This document shows, in pieces, positions 7,743-15,852 of a DNA stretch of 32,000 bases. Made by a program: the position numbers and the translations under genes. The stretch's first letter is position 1. Each line of letters starts with the position of its first letter. Source of the DNA: Thermoproteus tenax Kra 1 (lineage in GTDB: Archaea > Thermoproteota > Thermoprotei > Thermoproteales > Thermoproteaceae); NCBI RefSeq assembly GCF_000253055.1, contig NC_016070.1, positions 780,001 to 812,000 of the forward strand, given 5' to 3'. The notes beneath the pieces were generated by a model, which made no database searches, was not told the origin of the DNA, and saw only the letters and a list, made by a program, of their open reading frames with translations.

Positions 7743-10175
7743 ATGGGGCTCATTCTATGGCTAGAGGAGATCACGAAGAAAGATCACGCTCTAGTGGGCG
7801 GCAAGGGGGCAAACTTGGGCGAGGTCTCCAGACTCGTCCGCGTGCCTCCAGGCTTTGTCGTAACTACCGAGGCCTTTAGGGCCTTCCTAGAGACCACTGG
7901 GCTAAAGTCTAAGATATCGGAGGTCCTAAAGTCGGTGAGGGGCGGCTCGCCCGAGGACTACGAGAAGGCCTCGGAGACCATCAGAGAGATGATATACAGA
8001 GAGCCTATGCCTAGGGAGATCGCCGACGAGATAGTTAGAGCGTACCTCAAGCTCTCGGAGAAAGTCGGCGTTAAGGACGTCTCAGTGGCCGTGCGCTCCT
8101 CAGCCACCGCCGAGGATATACAGGAGGCATCATTCGCCGGACAACAAGACACTTATTTGAACGTGAGAGGCTCTGAGAACGTAATAGAGCACGTCAAGAG
8201 GGTCTGGGCATCTCTCTACACGGCTAGAGCCATCTACTATAGAGAGCAGATGGGTATATCTCACGATAACGTCTCAATAGCGGTTGTGGTTCAGAAGTTG
8301 GTCAACGCCAGATCTGCCGGCGTTATGTTCACCCTTGATCCCACAAACGGCGACACATCTAAAGTAGTTATCGAGGCCGCCTGGGGTCTAGGCGAGGGCG
8401 TCGTCAGAGGTATTGTGACGCCTGACGAGTACGTAGTGGACAAAAATACCCTTAAGATCGTGGAGCGCCGCATTTCCCAGAAGAGGTTGGCTGTAGTCAG
8501 AGATGAGAGGGGCCTCACCAAGGAGGTAGAGCTACCTCCAGAGAAGTCCGGCGCTCCTGCGTTGACAGACGAGGAGGTAATTGAATATGCTAAAATGGCT
8601 CTGGAGCTAGAGCGGCACTACGGCCACCCGCTCGACATCGAGTTCTCGGTAGATTCAGATGTACCGTTTCCACAGAACCTCTACGTAGTACAAGTAAGGC
8701 CCGAGACCGTATGGAGCAGGAGGGCCCAGCCCGCTGAGGCGAAGGAGGCTAAGGCCGAGGGGAGGGTCGTCGTTAAGGGCATAGCGGCGAGTCCCGGCGT
8801 CGCCGTAGGCAGGGCTAAGATCTGTCTAACTTTAGAGGACGCCAAGAGGAAGCTACAGAAAGGCGATATACTTGTGACTAAGATGACAGACCCAGATTGG
8901 GTGCCCTACATGAGGCTCGCCTCGGCGATAGTTACAGACGAGGGCGGCCGCACCTCTCATGCCGCCATAGTGAGCAGAGAGCTCGGGATACCAGCGGTGG
9001 TGGGCACCGGCAACGCCACACAAGTCCTCAGGGATGGCGAGCTGTATACTGTGGACGGCAGCAAGGGAGTAGTGCTGGAAGGGGCAGCCGTACAACCACA
9101 GGCTAAGGTCGCCGAAGCGGCACAGGCGGCGATAGCTGTGCCCAAGGAGATTATACTCCATATATATAGATCTATACCCACTGGGACGAAGGTCTATATG
9201 AATCTGGGCGAGCCCGATAAAATAGACGAGTACAAGGATCTGCCGTTCGAGGGCATAGGCTTGATGAGGATAGAGTTTGTCATAACCAGTTGGATCGGCG
9301 AGCATCCGCTGTATCTGATGTCTATAGGGCGCGAGGACAAGTTCGTGGACAAGATGGCCGAGGGCGTGGCTAGGGTCGCATCGGCGATATATCCTAGGCC
9401 CGTCGTCGTCAGATTCTCAGACTTTAAGACGAACGAGTACAGGAGCTTACAAGGAGGCGAAAAGTTCGAGCCGGAGGAGAGAAACCCGATGTTGGGGTGG
9501 CGCGGCGTATCCAGGTATGTATCGCTGCAGTACGAGAAGGCGTTCCGGCTAGAGCTGAGGGCCATCAAGAAGGTGAGGGAGGAGATGGGCTTGACTAATG
9601 TTTGGGTCATGGCCCCATTCGTGAGGACTACTTGGGAGGCCGAGCGCTTCAACAGGTTGCTTGAGGAGGAGGGCCTGGTGAGGGACAGAGATTTCAAGGT
9701 CTGGGCGATGGCCGAGGTGCCCTCAGTTGCGTTTCTAGTTGAGGAGTTTGCTCCGTATTTCGACGGCTTCTCCATAGGCTCTAACGATTTAACTCAGCTG
9801 ACTCTAGGCGTTGATAGAGACAACGACTTTCTAGTGAGGATAAACCCGAAGTACTTCGACGAGAGGGAAATGCCGGTGCTGAAGGCGATATATGAGCTCA
9901 TCCAGAGGGCCCACAGAGTGGGCAAGACGGTATCGATATGCGGTCAAGGTCCCTCGGTCTATCCGCAGCTAGTTGAGTTCTTAGTGAGAGCCGGCATAGA
10001 CAGCATCTCGGTGAACCCCGACGCGGTGCTCAACACTAGAATCTTGGTAGCCTCCGTCGAGATGAAGTTGCTGAGAGAGAGACTCGACGCCATTTACAGG
10101 GCGTTATACAAGGTGGGCGACGACGAGGAATTCAGAGAAATAATAAAGAAGGTATTCGGGGGACTGAAATATTAG
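7743..10175 (+). CDS. ppsA: phosphoenolpyruvate synthase (pyruvate, water dikinase)
   Basis: ATP-grasp N-terminal motif GGKGANLGE, phosphohistidine motif GGRTSHAAIVSRELGIP, PEP-utilizer C-terminal motif GSNDLTQ. 810 aa. TATA-like gtattaatac is centred about 24 nt upstream. Confidence 0.93.
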   Translation: MGLILWLEEITKKDHALVGGKGANLGEVSRLVRVPPGFVVTTEAFRAFLETTGLKSKISEVLKSVRGGSPEDYEKASETIREMIYREPMPREIADEIVRAYLKLSEKVGVKDVSVAVRSSATAEDIQEASFAGQQDTYLNVRGSENVIEHVKRVWASLYTARAIYYREQMGISHDNVSIAVVVQKLVNARSAGVMFTLDPTNGDTSKVVIEAAWGLGEGVVRGIVTPDEYVVDKNTLKIVERRISQKRLAVVRDERGLTKEVELPPEKSGAPALTDEEVIEYAKMALELERHYGHPLDIEFSVDSDVPFPQNLYVVQVRPETVWSRRAQPAEAKEAKAEGRVVVKGIAASPGVAVGRAKICLTLEDAKRKLQKGDILVTKMTDPDWVPYMRLASAIVTDEGGRTSHAAIVSRELGIPAVVGTGNATQVLRDGELYTVDGSKGVVLEGAAVQPQAKVAEAAQAAIAVPKEIILHIYRSIPTGTKVYMNLGEPDKIDEYKDLPFEGIGLMRIEFVITSWIGEHPLYLMSIGREDKFVDKMAEGVARVASAIYPRPVVVRFSDFKTNEYRSLQGGEKFEPEERNPMLGWRGVSRYVSLQYEKAFRLELRAIKKVREEMGLTNVWVMAPFVRTTWEAERFNRLLEEEGLVRDRDFKVWAMAEVPSVAFLVEEFAPYFDGFSIGSNDLTQLTLGVDRDNDFLVRINPKYFDEREMPVLKAIYELIQRAHRVGKTVSICGQGPSVYPQLVEFLVRAGIDSISVNPDAVLNTRILVASVEMKLLRERLDAIYRALYKVGDDEEFREIIKKVFGGLKY

Positions 10176-10256
10176 CAGAGCACCCTCCTTTGCTGCTCCG
10201 CCCTTCCCCGAGAGCTCGGGGCGCGTCGGCTCTCCCTCGGAGCCGTTGCAACTCAT

Positions 10257-11279
10257 TCAGTTCGCCCTTGAGCTACTGTCGCTGTAGCAGAGGTCGTTGA
10301 ACCAAGGCACGTCCACTTGATCTAACCTCCACCTCTGTTTTACAAAGCTCCTCTCGACATTCACGAAGAGGCCTCGCTTGAAGGCATAATAGCCAGCCAG
10401 TGCGATCATGGCGCCGTTATCGCCGGCGTATTCCGGCGGCACTATCTTGAGGGAGACTCCTCTATCCTCGGCTATAGCTCTAAGTATAGAGCCGAGCCTG
10501 GGGCTTCTCGCCACACCGCCGGCCACAACTAACTCCCTCTTCATTGTGTAAGCCAATGCTCTTTCGACGACCTCTGCCAACATATAGTACGAGTTCTCAA
10601 TAACAGATTTGCAGAGGGTCGGTAAGTCGGCCCGCCCGTTCTTGTATAAATAGATAGCTTGAGTTACCAGGCCCGAGAAGGCGAGATCTTGCCCTATTAT
10701 GTTCATGGGTAGCGGAAGAACTCTCTCCGCCCTCTCGGCGCACTTCTCCACGGCTGGGACGCCGGGATATCCAAGCCCCACCTCCCTAGCGAACTTGTCA
10801 ATGGCATTTCCGATTGCTAGATCGAGCGTCTCTCCGAATACTCTGTAGCGCCCGTCGGCGAATCCCGCTATGACCGTGTGCCCGCCTGAAATCAAGAGCA
10901 CGAGGGGATCGCAACTCCTCGTGGAATATCTGGCGATCTCTATGTGTGCAATTCCATGGTGTACGGGCACTAGGGGCCTCCTATATTTAACAGCCAAGGA
11001 GCGCGCCAGGACGGCGCCCATCCTTAGAGCAGGTCCCAGCCCGGGGCCTGCGGAGTAGGCCACTGCATCGATATCTCTGGGCGATCTTCCCGCGATCTCT
11101 AGGGCTTTTTTCAACAAAATTACGGCGACTTTAGCGTGATGCTCAGCCGCCTCGCGGGGATGGATCCCATATCCAGACGGGGGCACATAAGTATCATTTA
11201 CATTTGCCAAAATCGTGCCGTCCTCGACCAGACCTACGCCGAACGTGTGAGCTGTGCTCTCGATGCCTAGGACTAACAC
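10257..11279 (-). CDS. kae1: tRNA N6-adenosine threonylcarbamoyltransferase Kae1
   Basis: GIESTAHTFGVG N-terminus, metal-binding HHGIAH, ASKHA-fold length of 340 aa. The GTG start immediately follows the TAG stop of rps27ae. Confidence 0.9.
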   Translation of the reverse strand: MLVLGIESTAHTFGVGLVEDGTILANVNDTYVPPSGYGIHPREAAEHHAKVAVILLKKALEIAGRSPRDIDAVAYSAGPGLGPALRMGAVLARSLAVKYRRPLVPVHHGIAHIEIARYSTRSCDPLVLLISGGHTVIAGFADGRYRVFGETLDLAIGNAIDKFAREVGLGYPGVPAVEKCAERAERVLPLPMNIIGQDLAFSGLVTQAIYLYKNGRADLPTLCKSVIENSYYMLAEVVERALAYTMKRELVVAGGVARSPRLGSILRAIAEDRGVSLKIVPPEYAGDNGAMIALAGYYAFKRGLFVNVERSFVKQRWRLDQVDVPWFNDLCYSDSSSRAN

Positions 11280-11462
11280 CTACTTTTTCTCGAAGATCGT
11301 CATTCCACACTTTCCACAGTGCCACCTCGGCACTGGCTCCTTGTGGTACGCCATCACAGAGCCGCACCGCGGACAAAAGCGCCTTGTGAACTTGAATATC
11401 CCCTTCTCTATATCCAGTAGATACCACGTGGCAGCTCTTGGCAACTTCTTGCCCTCGCTCAT
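11280..11462 (-). CDS. rps27ae: 30S ribosomal protein S27ae (eS31)
   Basis: 60 aa with zinc ribbon CPRCG...CGKCG, in the conserved S24e-S27ae-Kae1 arrangement. Confidence 0.85.
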   Translation of the reverse strand: MSEGKKLPRAATWYLLDIEKGIFKFTRRFCPRCGSVMAYHKEPVPRWHCGKCGMTIFEKK

Positions 11463-11830
11463 TTCTTCTTAGCTGCCCCCTTCTTTTTACGACGCCTTTT
11501 TTCCCTCCTCTCAGCCCTCCTCTTCTTTATCTCCTCCAAGATCTTTTTGCCGTCGGGAATGTTTCTGGCAATGATATATGCGGGCTCCACCGCCTTTGCA
11601 ACATCGCTCGAATTGTAGACGTGGACTTCGGCCTTGGACATGCCGAGGCCGAAGGAGCTCTCTATCTTTCTTACGAAAACAGTATCTTGAGATACGCCGA
11701 GTTGGGAGGCTACGAACTCCCTTATTTGTTGTCTCGTGGGGGTTCCTTGACCCTGGTGGAATATAACGACGATAGTCTCTCTTCTGTTCAATAGCCTATT
11801 TTCTCTCACAGACTCGAGCTTGGCCTCCAC
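11459..11830 (-). CDS. rps24e: 30S ribosomal protein S24e (eS24)
   Basis: RENRLLNRRE...GTPTRQQIREFVA...VFVRKIESSFG core, Lys/Arg-rich tail, 4-nt overlap with rps27ae. Confidence 0.85.
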   Translation of the reverse strand: MEAKLESVRENRLLNRRETIVVIFHQGQGTPTRQQIREFVASQLGVSQDTVFVRKIESSFGLGMSKAEVHVYNSSDVAKAVEPAYIIARNIPDGKKILEEIKKRRAERREKRRRKKKGAAKKK

Positions 11831-11859
11831 GGGGGCCCCAATATTACCGGTTTTAAAAT

Positions 11860-12279
11860 TTAGCGCCGCGCGCGGTGTTGTAGATAGTCGATAACGCCTA
11901 TGACGCCTAAAGCTGCCACCAAGGCGTAGGCGTGGTTTATATCAAACGATTTATTAGTCGGCGATATATAGATAAACAGCTCTCTCGCTAAGGCTACTAG
12001 GGCTACATCAATTATTTTGTAAACAATTATTTCTTTTTCTTGTATGTAAGTTACAAATGTATCTATTAATTCAACAAATATTATAAATAAGAACAAACTA
12101 GCCAGTATTGAATATACAGCATCTTCGGGGTAGGGAGCGCCCCTTAGGCCTGCCAGCCCCTCAACGACGAGATAGAACGAATATACTGCCAACACTATTG
12201 TAACAATTATTGCAACAACATAAAGTGATATCTCGATATTTTTCAAAAGAATATCCAGCTTCATATCTGGGAGAAACAA
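11860..12279 (-). CDS. small integral membrane protein, PsiE-like
   Basis: Four hydrophobic segments. The central FVELIDTFVTY...DVALVALAREL resembles the phosphate-starvation-inducible PsiE family layout. Assignment is from memory only. Confidence 0.45.
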   Translation of the reverse strand: MFLPDMKLDILLKNIEISLYVVAIIVTIVLAVYSFYLVVEGLAGLRGAPYPEDAVYSILASLFLFIIFVELIDTFVTYIQEKEIIVYKIIDVALVALARELFIYISPTNKSFDINHAYALVAALGVIGVIDYLQHRARR

Positions 12280-12304
12280 TATCAGCTATAAGTTTTAGCT
12301 CCAT

Positions 12305-12940
12305 ATGAGCACGAGAGATCTCTTTGACGCTCTGTCCGAAAAATACGACGAGTGGTATGAGAAACACAGGGATCTGTATAAGAGCGAGCTACAGACGGTG
12401 AGCCGCCTCGATTGTCAAGGGGGCGTAGAGATAGGAGTAGGGACCGGCCGCTTTGCGGCCCCTCTGGGCTTGAGGATAGGGGTGGACCCTTCGGTGAATA
12501 TGCTGAGGCTTGCTCCAAAGACGCTAGACCTTATTGCGGCTGTCGGCGAGATGCTCCCCTTGAGGGATGGGGCCGTGGGGTGCGCACTCATAGTAGTAAC
12601 TCTGTGTTTTGCCGATGATCCAAAGAGGCTCTTAAACGAGGCGTTGCGGGTGGCGCGTAGAGTTGTGGCCTGTATAGTGCCCAGAGAGTCCCCCTGGGCT
12701 ATTAGATATATGGAGGAGGGGAAACAGGGCCACCCCTTCTATTCGCGGGCCAAGTTTTATGCCATCAAGGATCTGCTCTCGTTGGCGTCCGACGCCAGGC
12801 CGGCGCGCATATACGCAACATTGAAGGAGCACGTGGAGGGCCTCCAGCCTGTAGAAGAGCCGCCATTGGATCAAGCGGAGCGCTACGGCTTTGTCTGCGT
12901 GGAGCTTATAAGAGATGGAGATAGATCAGAGTCCAGATGA
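12305..12940 (+). CDS. class I SAM-dependent methyltransferase
   Basis: Motif I VEIGVGTGRF, followed by an acidic post-I residue and LRDGAVGCAL (motif II/III region). 211 aa. Confidence 0.7.
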   Translation: MSTRDLFDALSEKYDEWYEKHRDLYKSELQTVSRLDCQGGVEIGVGTGRFAAPLGLRIGVDPSVNMLRLAPKTLDLIAAVGEMLPLRDGAVGCALIVVTLCFADDPKRLLNEALRVARRVVACIVPRESPWAIRYMEEGKQGHPFYSRAKFYAIKDLLSLASDARPARIYATLKEHVEGLQPVEEPPLDQAERYGFVCVELIRDGDRSESR

Positions 12941-13391
12941 CGTTATTTGCGGTGTGAAGCACAATTGACGAGGCCAGCCCTCCGCCCAGATACGCCAGCG
13001 TTAGGGCGATCGCGTATAGGAACGCTAAGAGCGGAAACGGATGGAGAAGGGCGAAAACAGCAGTGGAGAAAATTAGGGCGGCCCAACGCGGGAGGACGAG
13101 GAAGGGGAGTCCCCTGAATATCACCTCCTCAACAACTGGCGCCAGAACATCGACGACAGGTATGTCTATATGGAGGTACTCCTTTGGGCCAACGTAGAAA
13201 TCTATGGCGAAGGCAAGCGCGTAGATCGCCAAGGCCGATAGGAGGTAGCCTATTCCTCTGTCTACCCACTTAAGGTTACGGAACGTTATTGATGTTAGAG
13301 CCAGCGCTATAGAATATCCTACTATATTATTTTCTATTAGTATTAGGAATAATGATAAAATAAATATAAGAACTATAAATTCATTTTTCAT
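12906..13391 (-). CDS. CPBP (CAAX/Abi) family intramembrane metalloprotease
   Basis: EEVIFRG (EExxxR), FALLH (FxxxH) and HTANN (HxxxN) motifs in a polytopic membrane protein. Its start overlaps the upstream regulator gene by 11 nt. Confidence 0.75.
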   Translation of the reverse strand: MKNEFIVLIFILSLFLILIENNIVGYSIALALTSITFRNLKWVDRGIGYLLSALAIYALAFAIDFYVGPKEYLHIDIPVVDVLAPVVEEVIFRGLPFLVLPRWAALIFSTAVFALLHPFPLLAFLYAIALTLAYLGGGLASSIVLHTANNVIWTLIYLHLL

Positions 13392-13821
13392 AAAGCTTTT
13401 TTAAATATCTCAGAGAATGTACCAAGTAGGATATTCTTTCAACGACTCTGGGATCTATCAAGTGCTCTAGCTTCTCAGCCTCTACTTCTGCGAGCTCCTC
13501 CTCAACTCCTATGAGCTTAAAGAACTCAGCCAACGTCTTGTGGGATCTTTCAAGGGCCGCGATTACGTCCAAGCCCCTCTCGGTTATTGTTATGCCTCCC
13601 CGCCCTTTGTATACGACGAGACCTTGTTCCTCAAGCCTCTTCACCATCTTTTGGGCCGAACTCGGCTTGACGCCGAGCATCCGCGCCAAATCGCTTAAGG
13701 TAACGCGCCCCCTCGAGGAAAGCTCATATATGGCCTCAAGATAGTGCTCAGGTCTGACGTCCTTTATCTCATGTCCCTTTCTCATTACTTCTCCCACTAT
13801 CCCCTCTACGGTTTTGTTCAT
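13381..13821 (-). CDS. DtxR/MntR-family metal-dependent transcriptional repressor
   Basis: N-terminal EHYLEAIYEL, wHTH VTLSDLARMLGVKPSSAQKMVKRLEEQGLV and dimerisation region HKTLAEFF. 146 aa. Confidence 0.8.
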   Translation of the reverse strand: MNKTVEGIVGEVMRKGHEIKDVRPEHYLEAIYELSSRGRVTLSDLARMLGVKPSSAQKMVKRLEEQGLVVYKGRGGITITERGLDVIAALERSHKTLAEFFKLIGVEEELAEVEAEKLEHLIDPRVVERISYLVHSLRYLKKLYEK

Positions 13822-14207
13822 AAATTAACCTATAGCCCCGAGCTCTCAGACGTAGTGCTATCACCCGCCTTTCAACTACATAGGCTTAAGGAAAATAGTC
13901 CCCTCCGGCGTCCTCCTCCCGTCTGAGATACCTCTCCAAGGGGCCTACCTCCGATACGGCGTATTTGAGCAGCTCAAAGGTCCTCTCGTCGGCTCTGAGC
14001 AGGCCGCCCGTGTCTTCATATATCCCCAAGGCCGCCGGTTCTCAATGACCCAGCCCCGCCTGCTTGCGGCACCAAAGGCGCCTCCGCGGTGGACCCCAAG
14101 TGAGGCCGGGCGCAGAAAGGGCAACTATACTTGACGTTGGCCTCCCGTTCGACGCGCCAAGCCAATACCCTATTCTACTTAGCTCCAGCCTCAACAGCTA
14201 TGACCCC

Positions 14208-14231
14208 TCCCCGCCCTAAAGGGCGAGGTTT
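14208..14231. repeat. 24-nt hairpin repeat, copy a (tccccgccctaaagggcgaggttt)
   Basis: Matches copies b and c at 22/24 positions in the same orientation. The 8-bp stem has one mismatch around a taaa loop. Confidence 0.8.
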
Positions 14232-14419
14232 CCACCGTGGGGGTCTCGCCCGTTGCCCGGGGTTATGGGCCGCGACGGGGGGCATCGTGGCGTCCTCCCG
14301 CCGGGGTCATCTTACGAGTTGATGCAGGTTGGCCCGCCCCGCCGTGTTGAACGCACCGCTGTTTAAGCCCTTCTCAACCCTCTTCACCACTCCGCCATGA
14401 AAGTTATAGATTAAATCCA

Positions 14420-14444
14420 TCCCCGCCCTAAAGGGCGGGGCTTT
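14420..14444. repeat. 24-nt hairpin repeat, copy b (tccccgccctaaagggcggggcttt)
   Basis: Perfect 8-bp stem ccccgccc/gggcgggg with a taaa loop, about 83 nt 3' of the mntH stop. Confidence 0.8.
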
Positions 14445-14523
14445 CAGCTGTAACCTCTGGCAAGTCCCTCGTCAGAGTCCCCTATGAGGGCAATTGGAGA
14501 AGACTCAGCCCTGGAGGGGGAGG

Positions 14524-15654
14524 TTATGATAAGGGGCTGACCAATGTTAGAACGTTTATGAATAGAATCAAAGAAGACGCGGCGTAGGCTGCGAAGGCTA
14601 GGCCTTTGCTCAAGTACCGCGAGGCGTAGATCAAAAGCGGTATCAGAACGAGTGGAAGCACCAAGCTCAAGACCACTTGAGTGTAAACAAGAAGGGACAG
14701 AGGGTTTAGGCCGGCTTCCAACACTAGGGCGGTTGGTATCACGTTGATGCCTCTGAAGAGCAATCTTGCCCTGGGCTTCGACGGAGCCTTTGTGAAAATT
14801 CTCTCAAGCATGAGGGTACCCGCTTGTACCGAGACGGCGGAGGACGCCAGTCCAGACGATAATAGAGCTATCGAGAATACATAGCCGGCAAGAGGCCCAT
14901 AGAGAGGCTCCAACACTCTGGGTATCTGCGACAGCCCCACGCCTACATCGCCGTACAACGCCGTCGCTGCCACTATCTGCATGGCCGCATTGACGGCAGA
15001 GGCCATGACCAAGTTGTACAGGGTCTGTACTCTGTGTACTCTTTTCTCCATTCCCTGCGTCATATGTGAATGGAGGATCAGAGCATGGGGCATTATGGTG
15101 GCCCCTATTATGGACGCCGCATAGAGGGCCTCGCCGCCTTTTAGAGAGGGCACGAGCGAGTAGTACAACACCGCGTAAATATCAGGCCTTACTAAAACAA
15201 GCTCAATGAGGAAGCTGAGACCTACTATTGAAGCCAAGGAGCCAATCGCCGAGAAATACACCTCCTTCCTATTATCGAGGAGGGCCAACAACAAGACGTC
15301 TACGGAGCCTAGGAGGACGGCGATATATAGCGGGACGCCAGTGAGGAGCTCAAACGCTATTATGAGCCCGACAAACTCGGCGAGGTCCGTGGAGAGCCCT
15401 ATCGCGAAGAGCACTGGAATATAGAGGGGCCAGAGGCGTCCAGCTCCCTTCTTGAGGTGATCTAGGAGCCCCCGACCCGTCTCTAATCCAAGCACTCCAG
15501 CTATATATTGGTACATAACAGCTAGCGCTCCCGACAGCCAGACCACCCACAATAAACTGAGACCGAAGGCGGAGCCTGCGGCTATGTTGGCGCCGAAGTT
15601 GCCTGGATCTATATACGCAACGCTAACAACTGTGGCGGGCCCTATGATCTCCAC
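14524..15654 (-). CDS. mntH: Nramp-family divalent metal (Mn2+/Fe2+) transporter
   Basis: Nramp signatures AYIDPGNFGANIAAGS (DPGN) and ATIMPHALILHS (MPH). About 11 hydrophobic segments, 376 aa. Confidence 0.85.
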   Translation of the reverse strand: MEIIGPATVVSVAYIDPGNFGANIAAGSAFGLSLLWVVWLSGALAVMYQYIAGVLGLETGRGLLDHLKKGAGRLWPLYIPVLFAIGLSTDLAEFVGLIIAFELLTGVPLYIAVLLGSVDVLLLALLDNRKEVYFSAIGSLASIVGLSFLIELVLVRPDIYAVLYYSLVPSLKGGEALYAASIIGATIMPHALILHSHMTQGMEKRVHRVQTLYNLVMASAVNAAMQIVAATALYGDVGVGLSQIPRVLEPLYGPLAGYVFSIALLSSGLASSAVSVQAGTLMLERIFTKAPSKPRARLLFRGINVIPTALVLEAGLNPLSLLVYTQVVLSLVLPLVLIPLLIYASRYLSKGLAFAAYAASSLILFINVLTLVSPLS

Positions 15655-15683
15655 GCTACTGTCCCGGCTAAACCATATTAATT

Positions 15684-15699
15684 TTTAGCCTAAGCTAAA
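15684..15699. promoter_or_regulatory. candidate metal-repressor operator TTTAGC-ctaa-GCTAAA upstream of mntH
   Basis: Inverted repeat 30-45 nt upstream of the mntH start (15654). The GCTAAA/TTTAGC half-site occurs 5 times in 15667-15798. Confidence 0.35.
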
Positions 15700-15852
15700 A
15701 GTCTAGGCAGAAGAGGGAAAAAACCCCTTCGAGTCTATTGCGCCAAAATATTAGCTAAATCTAATAGTTGGCGCGCCCCTCTAACGCTTTGGCTAAAACA
15801 TGGATGCCTTTCGCGTAGAGAATACTAAAAACATCGGATGATCCCAAAAACT

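Noticed and set aside
7958-9775. Several long minus-strand ORFs inside ppsA (for example 8853..9305 at 150 aa and 9194..9775 at 193 aa)
   Set aside because: They lie antisense to a gene with full-length, motif-supported PEP synthase identity. Their translations are Ser/Leu/Thr/Pro-rich with no motifs, typical of shadow ORFs.
10206-10245. Two short GC hairpins (ccccgag/ctcgggg and cggctc/gagccg) between the convergent ppsA and kae1 genes as terminators
   Set aside because: The stems are only 6-7 bp in GC-rich DNA, which is common by chance. Archaeal termination relies on oligo-T tracts rather than hairpins. Nothing here is unusual.
14131-14322. A 63-aa plus-strand ORF in the mntH-dtxR gap
   Set aside because: It is Arg/Gly/Pro/Ala-rich, as expected from translating 66% G+C non-coding DNA. 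It runs through hairpin-repeat copy a and has no promoter-like sequence upstream.
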